Shown here piece after piece: positions 20,916 to 32,694 of a DNA stretch of 64,000 bases; position 1 is the first letter of the stretch, and every line of letters begins with the position of its first letter. Source of the stretch: Macrostomum lignano (lineage: Eukaryota). Made by a program: the position numbers and the translations under genes. The stretch spans positions 1 to 64,000 of the forward strand of contig NIVC01000177.1 of the NCBI GenBank assembly GCA_002269645.1. Reading direction: 5' to 3'. The notes beneath the pieces were generated by a model, which made no database searches, was not told the DNA's origin, and was given only the letters and a program-made list of their open reading frames with translations.

Positions 20916-22213
20916 TTCCCGAATAGCTACATGGTGCCCCTTAGAAAATTCGGGGCAAGGCGTGAGTTGGCGGGGTAAACCTCGGAGCCCCACCAAAAAC
21001 CTCTAAGACCAGAACAACTTTACAACTGCACTCGCATAGAAATAAAGCAATATTTGCCAATCAAACTAACTAAAATGCAAGCTGCCACCTCGAAGCAACT
21101 TCACAGAGCTGTCGCTTGAACTTAACCACTTTGGATTGGATGTGTCCGATATTTCCGTTATCTGCAGTCGAACCCAATAAGGAGGCCAGTTAAATGTGCA
21201 AATTAGTATTAACTGTGTGAAACAGTCGTACTCTTAGTCTCACGCACTACCGAAGCGCAGTATTTCATGCCAGCTAAGTTCAATAGCATGTATATATGAT
21301 TTCAATTCAAAATAAATAAGCCATATTTGCCTTTCATTCTGAACTAGATGAAGCTGACCCTTCATATTTTATTTATTTTACAGTAGTAGTACCTAGGGAT
21401 TACAAAATCGTAGAATTCATGTAAGACCGCAGTAGAGATTTAACAATTACCAACTGCATTCGTAAACCAGAAAAAGATTTCATGAGCTATCTGTACTTGT
21501 TGAAATTATTGTAACGTTCTACCTTTCTTGTGTACTTAATTAACCTGTAGATTTCTTTGTACAGCTACATGCTGCCGCAACAAGTCCACCAATTTATTCT
21601 AAAAAGTAACAATAACAAAAGTTCTATAAATCGATATTAATCGATTATCGATTATCGATTAATCGATATTAATAGAGAATAGGAGGATGAGACTAAGACT
21701 CAAGAGGTCTGACAAGAAAGAAAGATTGCTAGAGAGAGCAGAGAGAAAGGGAGGAGTAGGAGAGAAGAAAGAGGAGAGGAGAGAGAAGAGAGAGGTGAGG
21801 AGAAAGAACTTGAAGAAGAGAAAGAGGAGAGGGCACAGAACAATAGGATTTTGCTAAAGGGCTAAATGGCAACGTTAGTCAAATACTTTTGCTCATAATC
21901 GTACTGCAGCTCAGAATTAGGAACAAAAAGTCAAGGGCATTTAGAAGAGATGGAACGAGTATTCGGTATTCGGAAAAAGTATGAATCATAAAATAAAGTC
22001 TAAAAAATAATCACATGGAAGATGGAATATTTTGTATGGTAAAGTAAAGTAAAAGTGATAAAAAATTATGAAAATTTAGTTTTTTTATTCTTACGTTTTC
22101 TTAAGAACTTAAGTTCTCCTCAATCCCGAAAAATCCCAGGATTCATAGATCTTTACCACGGGCTCCCGAATCCCGGCAATTTGTAATCCCGGAACGGAAC
22201 TATCAATCCCGAC

Positions 22214-22653
22214 CACAGATACTAAAATAACCAGATGGACCACTCAGGCATATATACTTAGTAAATCAGCTTTCTACTTTCAGTTCAGTAGCAATAAAGA
22301 ATACATAAGCTATTTTATAAAAATAAAGCCAGCTGAAATGACTGATAAGTTTAGAAGCCCAAGCTTGCAGGCGTAAACAGCTTGCTAATTGGTTCAGCAA
22401 TAATGTACATTAGCCAGTCCACTGATATGTACATGGCAGCTTTAGGCTGGAATTCCGAGAAAGGCAAAAATTGGGGTGGGGCGGGGGTAGTGTGGAAAGG
22501 CACGGTCGGAGGGTTTAAGCTGGGGGTAAGAGCCAATAAATGAGCCTTGGCTTAAGAATACATTAAAATGCTTCTGTTTAAGTTACTACTGAACTGAAAG
22601 TAGCTTGCACGCAAATGTGCTGAGTGGCCCATCTAGTTCTTCTAGTATCTGTG
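22214..22653. mobile_element. 440-bp MITE with CACAGATAC ends and an exact 8-bp TSD, nested in an older AATCCCGG-rich element
   Basis: ATCCCGAC|CACAGATACTAAAATAACCAGATGGACCACTCAG ... CTGAGTGGCCCATCTAGTTCTTCTAGTATCTGTG|ATCCCGAC. A second copy lies at 47997-48415. Confidence 0.9.
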
Positions 22654-23274
22654 ATCCCGACTAATTTTAATCCCGGGATTCGAATCCCGGAATTTGGCCC
22701 CTAATCCCGGGATTGCAAACCCTTGTAGTACCTCTAACACAACGGTGTCCAGAGAAGCCTATACCCTATACCAATTCAACTGACTGCTTACCAGTCCTAC
22801 CTGATCGGCACTCCAAGGCTGCACTGCGTATCGAAGAGGAGAGACCATCTGTAAATTTTATCTGGTCGAAAACCGTATTGGATTCCAGAAATGGGCCCAG
22901 GCTATACTGTATAGCCCCTTGAAGATAAGGCAGCGCCTGCGCACTCTCCCTCCCGTTCTGTCTTTTCCTTCTACCCCCGGCAATGTACATGCTGTCCGCC
23001 TAAGGCATTATCGATCCGTTTTCATACCACCGCCTCTCTCCCCTCCTCACCCCTGCCCTGCCTTGTTGACTCTTGTTATCTGCCCCGCTGCCGCCAACCC
23101 CCCTCCCTCTGCTCTAGGCGGGAGTACGACAATTAAAGGATCAAAAATTCTTTGATACCGGTTTAACAAAAGCTGGAGGTCCCAAATTTAATTTGTTTTA
23201 ATTTTTGTTTAAACTTTTTTACGCTTACGAGTTGTTTGATCAAAGAGCAAGCTATTTCAGCTCATGGTTCGGTT

Positions 23275-24049
23275 TAGGGATGTCGATTCCTCGGGGAATT
23301 TTCTTATCAGGGACCCAGGGAATTTACTGTCATTCCCCGGGGACCCCGGGGAAAAGAAAAAAGAAGTAAAAAACGGCGGATAACTTAGATCTTAAGTTGC
23401 ATTTTTTAACTTTGATTTAAGCTTTGGACTACATGTTCAAGGCGCAAGGTTAAAAACATTAAAAAATGTTTATTTAAAACTGTATTTGAAAACGTGGAAG
23501 CACCAAATCGTGCGCGCACCAGAAAGAGTCCAGACTCCGGAGGCGGAAAATGCATGCTTAGGAGGATAAGTAATGAATGAGACTACTATTTTTATAATCG
23601 GAATTTTTATTTCTGCGATAAATCACCATTTTGTCCTTTTCTAATACGGAGTATTTTGTTATTGTATGACACCCCCTATGCGTCAGTGACTGACGCAGGA
23701 AGCAGCGCTGTGCCTGCGTCAAATGCGTCAGGCCGTCAACGCAGACCAACACAATAGTCAGTAAGGCTTCTTTTTCCTGACGGGTTTCTACGTGCAATTT
23801 GCTTGATTGAAAGACTAATAGTGAAAAAACATTTAAACGTGTGTTGTGTTTGAAATAATACATTGAAATAAGCAGTTTTGCGGTAAAAAAAGCATAGATA
23901 GAATTTTCAATCAGCTTTCTGTAAATGATTTTCTTATTTAAATGGCAAAAAAAGTTAATAATGCATTTTTTTTTAATTTCTCCCCGGGGTCCCCGGTCCA
24001 ATTCCCGGGGGAGTATTCCCCGACAAGCTCCCCGGGGTCGACATCCCTA
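23275..24049. mobile_element. 775-bp non-autonomous hAT element
   Basis: GTTCGGTT|TAGGGATGTCGA ... TCGACATCCCTA|GTTCGGTT: perfect 12-bp TIR, exact 8-bp TSD, subterminal CCCCGGGG motifs. Confidence 0.92.
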
Positions 24050-24884
24050 GTTCGGTTCTTTTCGGCTGCATATGAGTGCGCACTGCATACATTTCTTATT
24101 GGTTGTTTCTATCTGTATGCCTCCGTACTTTCAGTTATTGTTTCATAGTTCAATTAATTCTTTTACATTTTTAATGTTTTGTAGCTCGTACGTATAGGCC
24201 ATTGTTTCAGATTTCGATCTCTACAGACAATAAATCACTACGCAAACTTTGGCGGGCACTGCTCGCCCAATCGCTGGCTTCGCGTCGACTGTCGCATTGA
24301 GAAGTACACCAGTAACTTTCTTTACTACTCAACACCGCACAAGTAAGTAGTAATCAGTAAAGAAATTGACAATAAAGTCCAAAAGCCTAATTAAATTATC
24401 CGATTGACAGGTGTTTAAAAACTGTAGCCAAATGATCAGCAAATGTTTTATTAATTTAGTTTTTGACAGACACAAAACAATGGGAGAGGCCGAGCTTAAA
24501 CTTCAACGTAAATTCAGACAAAGTTAAACAATAGCTTTAATAATAATCAATGAAACAACTCATTAGATCTAGTTCAATGTGGAATCGCTCTTGGGTGAGT
24601 GAGGGGATACCATTATGCATTTATAACCGCAAACCAGAGAGACAGAGAGAGAGAGGACAAACAACAGATAATTGGTATACTATGACGAAAAAAGCATTAA
24701 AACAAATATAAGCATTGCCAAACCTATTCTTTTTTACTTTCAAAGCGGGCAAACTTATTTATTGTTATAGTTTATAGCCCGCAGCACACTACTAACAGTA
24801 AATAGTTGAAACAGTAGTAATTTATTAAGGACTGCTAAATCTAGTCAGCCAGTCTGGATTAAACTAAGTCAGCCTCAGCTCGGA

Positions 24885-27800
24885 TCAAACCACCCTGAAG
24901 TTATCGGCGACCAGACGGCGATCTACTGAGAATTTTACAGGCGAATCGCCTTCAAGCCGAACCACTTTGTCAACATCGATGCCAACTAAACTCTGCTGCG
25001 ACGTGAACATCACGCCGACAGGGAAGAAGCTGTCCTCGCTGGCACCGCCGCCGCCAACCAGCAAGTCCAAATTGCCTGTAGGATTCTCCTCCGGGTCAAT
25101 GAGCGGCAGCGACCATTCCAACAGACTCTTGCGGGCATCTACGCGGTAGTCCCCGTCGCACTGGTTCACCTGGGTGGGAGACAGTGGCGGCACATCAATG
25201 ACACTGGCGAGGGTCTGTGGCGGGACATCAATGACACTGGGAAGGGACAGTGGCGGCACATCAAAGACACTGGGAAGGGACAGTGGCGGGACATCAAAGA
25301 CACTGGGGAGGGTCTGTGGCGGGACATCAAAAACACTGGGAAGGGACAGTGGCGGAACATCAAAGACACTGGGAAGGGACAGTGGCGGCACATCAAAGAC
25401 ACTGGCGAGGGTCTGTGGCGGAACATCAGACACTGAGGAACAGTGGCGGCACATCCAAGACACTTAAGTTGGACAGTGGCGGCACATCAAAGACACTGGG
25501 GAGGGACAGTGGCGGCACATCAAAGACGCTGGGGAGGGAAAGTTGCGGAACATCAAAGACGCTTGAGGGACAGTGGCGGCACATCAAAGACGCTGGAGGG
25601 GGACAGTGGCGGCACATCAAAGACACTGGAGGGGGGACAGTGGCGGCACATCAAAGACACTAGGAAGGGACAGTGGCGGCACATTAAAGACATTGGGGAG
25701 GGACAGTGGCGGCACATCAAAGACACTGGGGAGGGACAGTGGCGGCACATTAAAAGATACTGAGGAGGGACAGTGGCGGCACATCAAAGACACTGGAGGG
25801 GGACAGTGGCGGCACATCAAAGACACTGGAGGGGGGACAGTGGCGGCACATCAAAGACACTCGGTAGGGACAGTAGCGGCACATCAAAGACACTGGAGGG
25901 GGACAGTGGCGGCACATCAAAGACACTGGAGGGGGGACAGTGGCGGCACATCAAAGACACTGGGGAGGGACAGTGGCGGCACATCAAAGACACTCGGTAG
26001 GGACAGTAGCGGCACATCAAAGACACTGGAGGGGGGACAGTGGCGGCACATCAAAGACACTGGAGGGGGGACAGTGGCGGCACATCAAAGACACTCGGTA
26101 GGGACAGTAGCGGCACATCAAAGACACTGGAGGGGGACAGTGGCGGCACATCAAAGACACTGGAGGGGGACAGTGGCGGCACATCAAAGACACTGGGAGG
26201 GACAGTGGCGGCACATCAAAGACACTCGGTAGGGACAGTAGCGGCACATCAAAGACACTGGAGGGGGACAGTGGCGGCACATCAAAGACACTGGAGGGGG
26301 GACAGTGGCGGCACATCAAAGACACTCGGTAGGGACAGTAGCGGCACATCAAAGACACTGGAGGGGGGACAGTGGCGGCACATCAAAGACACTCGGGGGG
26401 GACAGTGGCGGCACATCAAAGACACTGGAGGGGGGACAGTGGCGGCACATTAAAGACATTGGGGAGGGACAGTGGCGGCACATCAAAGACACTGGGGAGG
26501 GACAGTGACGGCACATCAAAGACACTGGAGGGGGGACAGTGGCGGCACATCAAAGACACTGGAGGGGGGACAGTGGCGGCACATTAAAGACATTGGGGAG
26601 GGACAGTGGCGGCACATCAAAGACACTGGGGAGGGACAGTGACGGCACATCAAAGATACTGAGGAGGGACAGTGGCGGCACATCAAAGACACTGGGAATT
26701 AACCGATCAAGTAAAATATTTGATCAGCGATGGGTATACCTTGGTCTGCGCGCCCTGCGGCAGGGGAATGCTGATCAGAACATTCTCCAACCGAGGCGTG
26801 CCAGGAATCAGCTCGTACTCCACCGTCACCTCGTAGCTGCCAGACGGCGCCTGATTCGGCCAGCAGTTGATAGTCAGTGGCAGCAGGGCTTCGTCGTCGC
26901 CAGCCATGCGCCATTTGACAACGTTGGCCTCCTGGTTGACTGGGAAGCCGCGGCCTGTAATGATGGGGATCGGGACCAATCGATTTTAATTGTTTAACAT
27001 CACACTGTAATAACTACTGAAAAGTACTAATGAGTAAGTATTGCGCATATAATCCTGTTTATATTGTATATGTATACATGCCAATTGTCTCGCAAATTTT
27101 AAATATTTATATATTTGTGTATATACGAGGTCCTCTTGATTTCATCAGATCTTTATTCTACCAATACAAGATTAACGTTAACGCAGAGGTCCACTGCTGC
27201 CATTTTTTAAACTTAAAAATCTATAACTTCTCACTTTTGTCTGACAAATGGGATTGTCCATCTGGCTGCCTGTCTGCCTGCCTTAGTTTCAGTCAGTCTG
27301 TCTGTCTGTCTGTCTGTCTTTCTTTCTGTATGTCGGCTTGCTTGAATCCTGTCTCTTTCTGTCTGCCTGTCAGTAAGTCTGTAAAGGCTGCAAAGGGAAA
27401 ACACTCACCAGCCGCCTTCATCTGAATCCAGCTGTTAGTCTGGAACACTTTCTTATCAATATTTGGGTGAGTCTGCACTTGCACAGCTCTGGCCCTCGGC
27501 CCGCTAGCCTGCACCAGGTGCAGCCGAACAGCGTCCTCATTAGCGCAGGTGATGTGCAGCAGTCCAGTTAGTTCAAGATTGCTCACACCGCCGCCGCGAC
27601 CGGCCTCGCAGTTGAATTTCTCCTCCAGGCGAAGGTGGACAGCCTCTCGTTGAGCAGCGGGCATCGCGGCCGCTGCAGCCGCTGCGGCGGAACTGCCTGC
27701 CCTGCCGGCGCCGAGGCCGCCAGCTGGTGTGTCCACCAACTATTTTTTTTAAAAGGAAAAAATTAAAATACATGTAGAACACATGTAAAGGAAACATGAA

Positions 27801-29590
27801 TTAACATTTACAGGATAATTAGTGTATTCGAAGCTGCAACAATCGCCACTGGCTGTTTACCAAGCAGAACAATCAAATTAGCATCTTCTCCCCGTTTGAA
27901 GCTGCACCCAAATCCAGTGCGTGTGCACAGCGAGCAAGAGAGACCTGGCACCCCAGCCCGATAAACAGTTTGGCTTTCCTCTTGCCTGCTTGTGTCTGAC
28001 TTTGACCTCTCTCCTTACTGTTCTCTTATTGGTTGAGCTAGATTGGGCCTGGCCCCAGACTAAGTTTCGTTTGACTTTGAACTCTCTCCTTACTGCTCTC
28101 TCATTGGCTGAGCCAGATTGGGCCTACCCCCTAGGGTGAGTTTTGTCCGTCTGACTTTGACCTCTCTCCTTACTGCTCTCTCATTGGCTGAGCTAGATTG
28201 GCCGGCCTCTTGGGCTGTTTCCTCCGTCTTGCGTTCACTTGTGTACACCGAGTTAAATGCTTGATGTTGATTCTCAACCCTATAGGCTCCTGAGGCCGCA
28301 AACTCAGAGGAAGGAAAGGAAATGTTAGCTGTCACATTAAACTGAAGTGATAATGCGCAGACAAACTACTAAAAAAGAATAGAAGCTCCACTATTTCACA
28401 ACTTTAATTGCAAGTGACACATTCAGTTGTTATATCATCTGTAAACAAATCTAGTGAATTATTAGTCTGATTGCAGCAAGGCAGACTATATCGCTGAAGG
28501 ACAGCATCTTCTTTTAGCGATATAGCCTGCTGACACACGCGTTTTTGAAATTCTTTCAACTATCATTGCGCAACTTTTTTAACACACTGTAAAATATTCT
28601 TATAACATTCCATTATAGCTACTCGTTAGTAGGAGATTTCTAATAAGCCTGACCGGAGCAGGATGAACTGTAGCTTAACTTGATTTTGCTTTAAAGGTGA
28701 GTGGCTGTGACGCAACACGCAAGCCGATAATTAAGCTGCATACTAACCGCGACCAACTCTGCTTAACTGGGTGACTGCTAACTAAAAATTAAACACAAAT
28801 AAGAAAATATGCAACAAACCTGTTCGCCTTCCTCCTTGAGCTGATCAACAAAATAGTCCACCTGCTTGGCTCGGCTGCCCAATTTCATTGCCTTGCCGCC
28901 GCCAGCCGCCTGGGCAGCCGGCCTGGCCCGATTCGGCTCCGGCATCGTCGACGTCAGCGTCGGCGTCGTGTCGACGTATCCTCCGCCGCCGACTCCGCTG
29001 CCGCCGCCCATGCCACCGCCGCCGCCGAAAGCGGCCATCCGACCACCGCCGCCGCCGCCACCAGCCCGGCGCATCTCCTTGTTCTTCAGCGTGAGCTCCT
29101 TAGCCTTCGCCCGCATAGCGGCTTTGGCCTCCTTCTCCTGAGCAACCCGAACTGCCAGGAACACTTTCTCTTCGTGCGAGTCCATCTCAGTGAAGGTCTT
29201 AATCTGGGCCAGATTGACGCTCTCCCGATAGCCCAGAGCGACAATTTCGTCGAATGCAAATATCAGCTGGAAGGCGTTGTCCAGCAGATCTTTCTCCTCC
29301 ATACCGGACGAGTATTCGGGAATTACTCTGGCGAATAGGCGAAGAGTCTCCAGATCCTCCAGTATGTTGCTAGCCTTAGTGGTTAGAAGCAATACATAGA
29401 GCTTCTCCAATGGCTGATAGACGTAGCGCACGCTCTCAGTCTCGATGAAAGTGTGCTGCTTGTCTGTTGACATCAGCTTGGGGAAGGCGGCTAACAGGCC
29501 TTCAATGCGGGAGCGCGTCATCTCCACGAACTGGCGGGAGATGAGCGTCTTGCCCGACTTGTTGCACACGGCGGCGGCTAGGAGCACCAT
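24885..29590 (-). CDS. ARCN1: Coatomer subunit delta (archain); complement(join(24885..25169,26740..26954,27409..27739,28820..29590)), 533 aa
   Basis: MVLLAAAVCNKSGKTLISRQFVEMTRSRIEGLLAAFPKLM...YVYQPLEKLY longin domain; mu-homology C-terminus (QTHPNIDKK, FPVNQEANVVKWRM, LLPLTINCWP, LLEWSLPLID). GT-AG introns with consistent phases. An in-frame ATG 12 nt upstream (29602) is an alternative start. Confidence 0.97.
25175..26695. repeat. 33-34-bp minisatellite (GGGACAGTGGCGGCACATCAAAGACACTGGAGG), ~46 copies, occupying ~97% of delta-COP intron 3
   Basis: Visible periodicity; the intron spans 25170-26739. Confidence 0.97.
27995..28205. repeat. ~77-bp degenerate tandem repeat, 3 copies, delta-COP intron 1
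   Basis: TGACTTTGACCTCTCTCCTTACTGYTCTCTYATTGGYTGAGCYAGATTGG recurs three times. Confidence 0.75.
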
Positions 29591-30875
29591 CAATGATGGC
29601 ATTGGAGAGAATGCATTCGAATAAAGACTGTCTATTCATGACTAATTAAGGGATTAATGCTTATCAATTGTGATGCAACCAAACACAAAGTAAAATGCAA
29701 ATCTGATTCCTAAAAAGAAATAATTCTTTTGGATGTCCTATGACCAAGAGCTAAGAAGAACTAAATAAATTGTCTACTGGTCTGACATGTTTGCTACTAA
29801 ATTAAGTAACCAATATAAAGTGTAATAGTATAGCCAGTATAAAAAATAGTCAAAAAAGCCCTCTTCTTTTTAAAAATAGCTTTAGAGAAATTAGTGATAA
29901 TAAAACAGCATATATTATTAGTGATTTCAAAACATTTCACTACTAATTATAAAACATTTTAGTATATTACTTGACAAAACCAAATTATTGTCAACTTTAA
30001 AATAAACATGATCAAAACAAAGTAATTATTTTGCATATTTTATGCAATAATGCCATAGATTTCAATGCTATTGTATGCCAGCCACAAGCTATAACAAGTA
30101 TAGCTAAGAATTGTATACTAATGATTTTTGCTAAAAAGTTAAATTTCCTGATTCTCCTAATCATTCTAGCTAAAGCTTGTGTATGCAATTATTTTCTAGT
30201 ATTTACTTATGCATTATATCTTTTATAATATAGACCACTTGCTTTCATTTTCTATGAATTCTAGAATTTTAACAAGCCATTACTATAAAAAGATAACAAA
30301 GTTTATCATGATGGTCATGCTTATAATTAGTATAATATATCCAATGAATCTGGCAGCAAGAAAATCTAGCAATAGTCAATTTGGCAATAGTCAATGTAGC
30401 AACAAGGTATAGTATAAGTAAAAGCTATTTAATTAGCTATCTAATCAACTATTTAGCATTTATACCCTAGATTATTAGAGCTATACTATTATTTTTTAAA
30501 TATTATTTAATTTTTCAAATGTTTATTTATATAGAATTTGTTAAAATAAATGGAATAGTTGACTATATATTGCCTTCTATATTTTATAGACTATATGCAT
30601 ACATAGAAGTTGCAATGCAACCAGCAATTTTTTGAATCTTGGATTCTCAAATATTGTTAAAAAGACTTTTAATCATTAATTGCTTAGAAACTTTTTTAGT
30701 TTCTAACAAAAAAGTAGCAACAAAATAAATGAATGAGTTCCAATTTATATAGGACATATAGACATTAAATATTTGCATTATGTAATAAACAGCTTTACCA
30801 TATTTTTTACTTAAAAGGTAAAATTTAATAATTACAGTAATTTAAATTTAATTAAGATTGATATATCCTAGATTA

Positions 30876-32694
30876 CAGTGCTGGGCAAGTTATTCAATTT
30901 TTTAACTCATCAAAAGTTAAAAAGTTAATTCAATTGCTCCAAAAAAATTAACTGTAACTAGTTAAATATTTAACTTTTGCCAAAAATTTAACTTCTGAAA
31001 AGTTAAAAGTTAAAGTTAATTCCTGTTTCTTCCTAATGGAAAAAGTGACATTTTCCCGGACATACGTCCAGTGCGTTTTTTAAATTTCAGATCGGCATGG
31101 CATGGCTGTGGCCAGTGTTCTGTTGTTGAATTAATGAACGCAGAAACAAGATAGATAATTATCCATGTGCCCAGTGGCAGCAAACAGGGCTTGGCCAATA
31201 GGAGGGCAGCTCGTATATTTATGCACGCAGGGAAGGAAAGTTCTAGAAAGACAGGGAAAGGAAACTTCTGGAACTATGTGTAAACAAGTCCTGCTGTGGA
31301 AGTTTCTAGAAACGCTGTCCACGAACTATCCCTATGCATTGCATGCCTTTGCAATACACAACGCCCAGGTCGTGGCGCGGCAGCGCAGGAGGTTGTGTGG
31401 CAGTGTGGGAAGTTGCACGGCGGCACGGGAAGTCGCGTGGCAGCGCGACATGGCGCAGTATGGTGCAAGGTGACAAGGAAATATCTATGCAGCGCGACAC
31501 GGAGCAGCGTAGCAGGAAAGGCAGAATCATTACATGTATACAACAATAACTTTTAGTAGTCCTTGGGCTTGGGTAGAATATCAATAGATAATAGTTGAAG
31601 ATTCTAGAATCTTCCAGAATATTCTATACATTATAACTTGTAACTGAAATAATATACATGTAATAGCTTGTGATGCATTAAATAATGCTTAGAAAGGCAA
31701 AGTTATTTTATGTATGTATTAATTTTACTTTTTAATGGCATACAAGCTGTTGAAACCCGCGGATTTTGAACCCGGGGAACTCCATTTCCTGGAATTATTT
31801 TTGCATGTATTCTAAAATCTGAGGTCAAACTTGAACAAAAGTTAGGATAGAGTTAAACAAAATAGAGTAAATTTGTGTAAAATTAGGATTTGAAGCAAGC
31901 ATTGATATTGTTGGCTGCTGCGCAGAATGTTAGGCAAACTCTGGCCTCTACCTCTGCCTCTCTCTATGTCCCTTGGATCCTTTGAAACTTCTATCTTCTC
32001 TTCTGTTTCCTCTTTTCTCTCCCATCTCTTGTCTCTCATATCTCTTTTCTCCTCTTTTATCTCTTCTCATTTCTCTCTGCTGCCCCCCCTCTCTCTGCTC
32101 TCTCTCCTCTCCCCCTCTCTTTGCTCTTATCTCTCTGCTCTCTCCTGTCCCATCTCTCTTCTTTTTAATCTCTCCCCTCTTTCCTTTCCTCCTTCCTTTT
32201 CACCAATTTTCCCTGTCCTCTCAATTCTCTGCCTTCCCTCCTCTCTCCTCACTCACTTCTCATCTCTCCCTTGTCTCCACCTCTCATCTCTTATTTCTTA
32301 TCTCTTCTCTTTTCTCTCTACTCTCCCATCTCTCGTCTGTTTACTCTCATTTCTGCTCTCTCAATTCCCTTTTCTCATCTGTCATCTTTATTCATATATA
32401 TTCTTGATCTCATCTCTCTCCTCTTGTACTTTTCTCTTTTTCTTTTTTTGACTCAGGACTCTCTTTCTTTCTTCTTGTTTAAACAAAAAAATTAAACAAA
32501 AAACCTATGAAAGAATAAATAATTTAACAAAGAAATAAGTAACTTTTGTCATTTAACTTTAACTTACAAAAAGCATTTAATGATTTTTTGTTAACTAGTT
32601 AATACAAAAAAATTAACAAAATTTAATGATTTAAAAAAAAATTAACTAGTTAAACAATTAACTAGTTAAGGGCTTAAGCCAAGGCCCAACACTG
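30876..32694. mobile_element. 1819-bp non-autonomous hAT element with internal cargo
   Basis: CTAGATTA|CAGTGCTGGGC ... GCCCAACACTG|CTAGATTA: exact 8-bp TSD, 10/11 TIR match, subterminal TTAACT/AGTTAA motifs at both ends, no transposase ORF. Confidence 0.9.

Noticed and set aside
25166-26695. CRISPR-like appearance of the 33-34-bp repeats (also the 53-, 46- and 65-bp arrays)
   Set aside because: Units are head-to-tail with no unique spacers, there are no cas genes, and the context is a eukaryotic intron.
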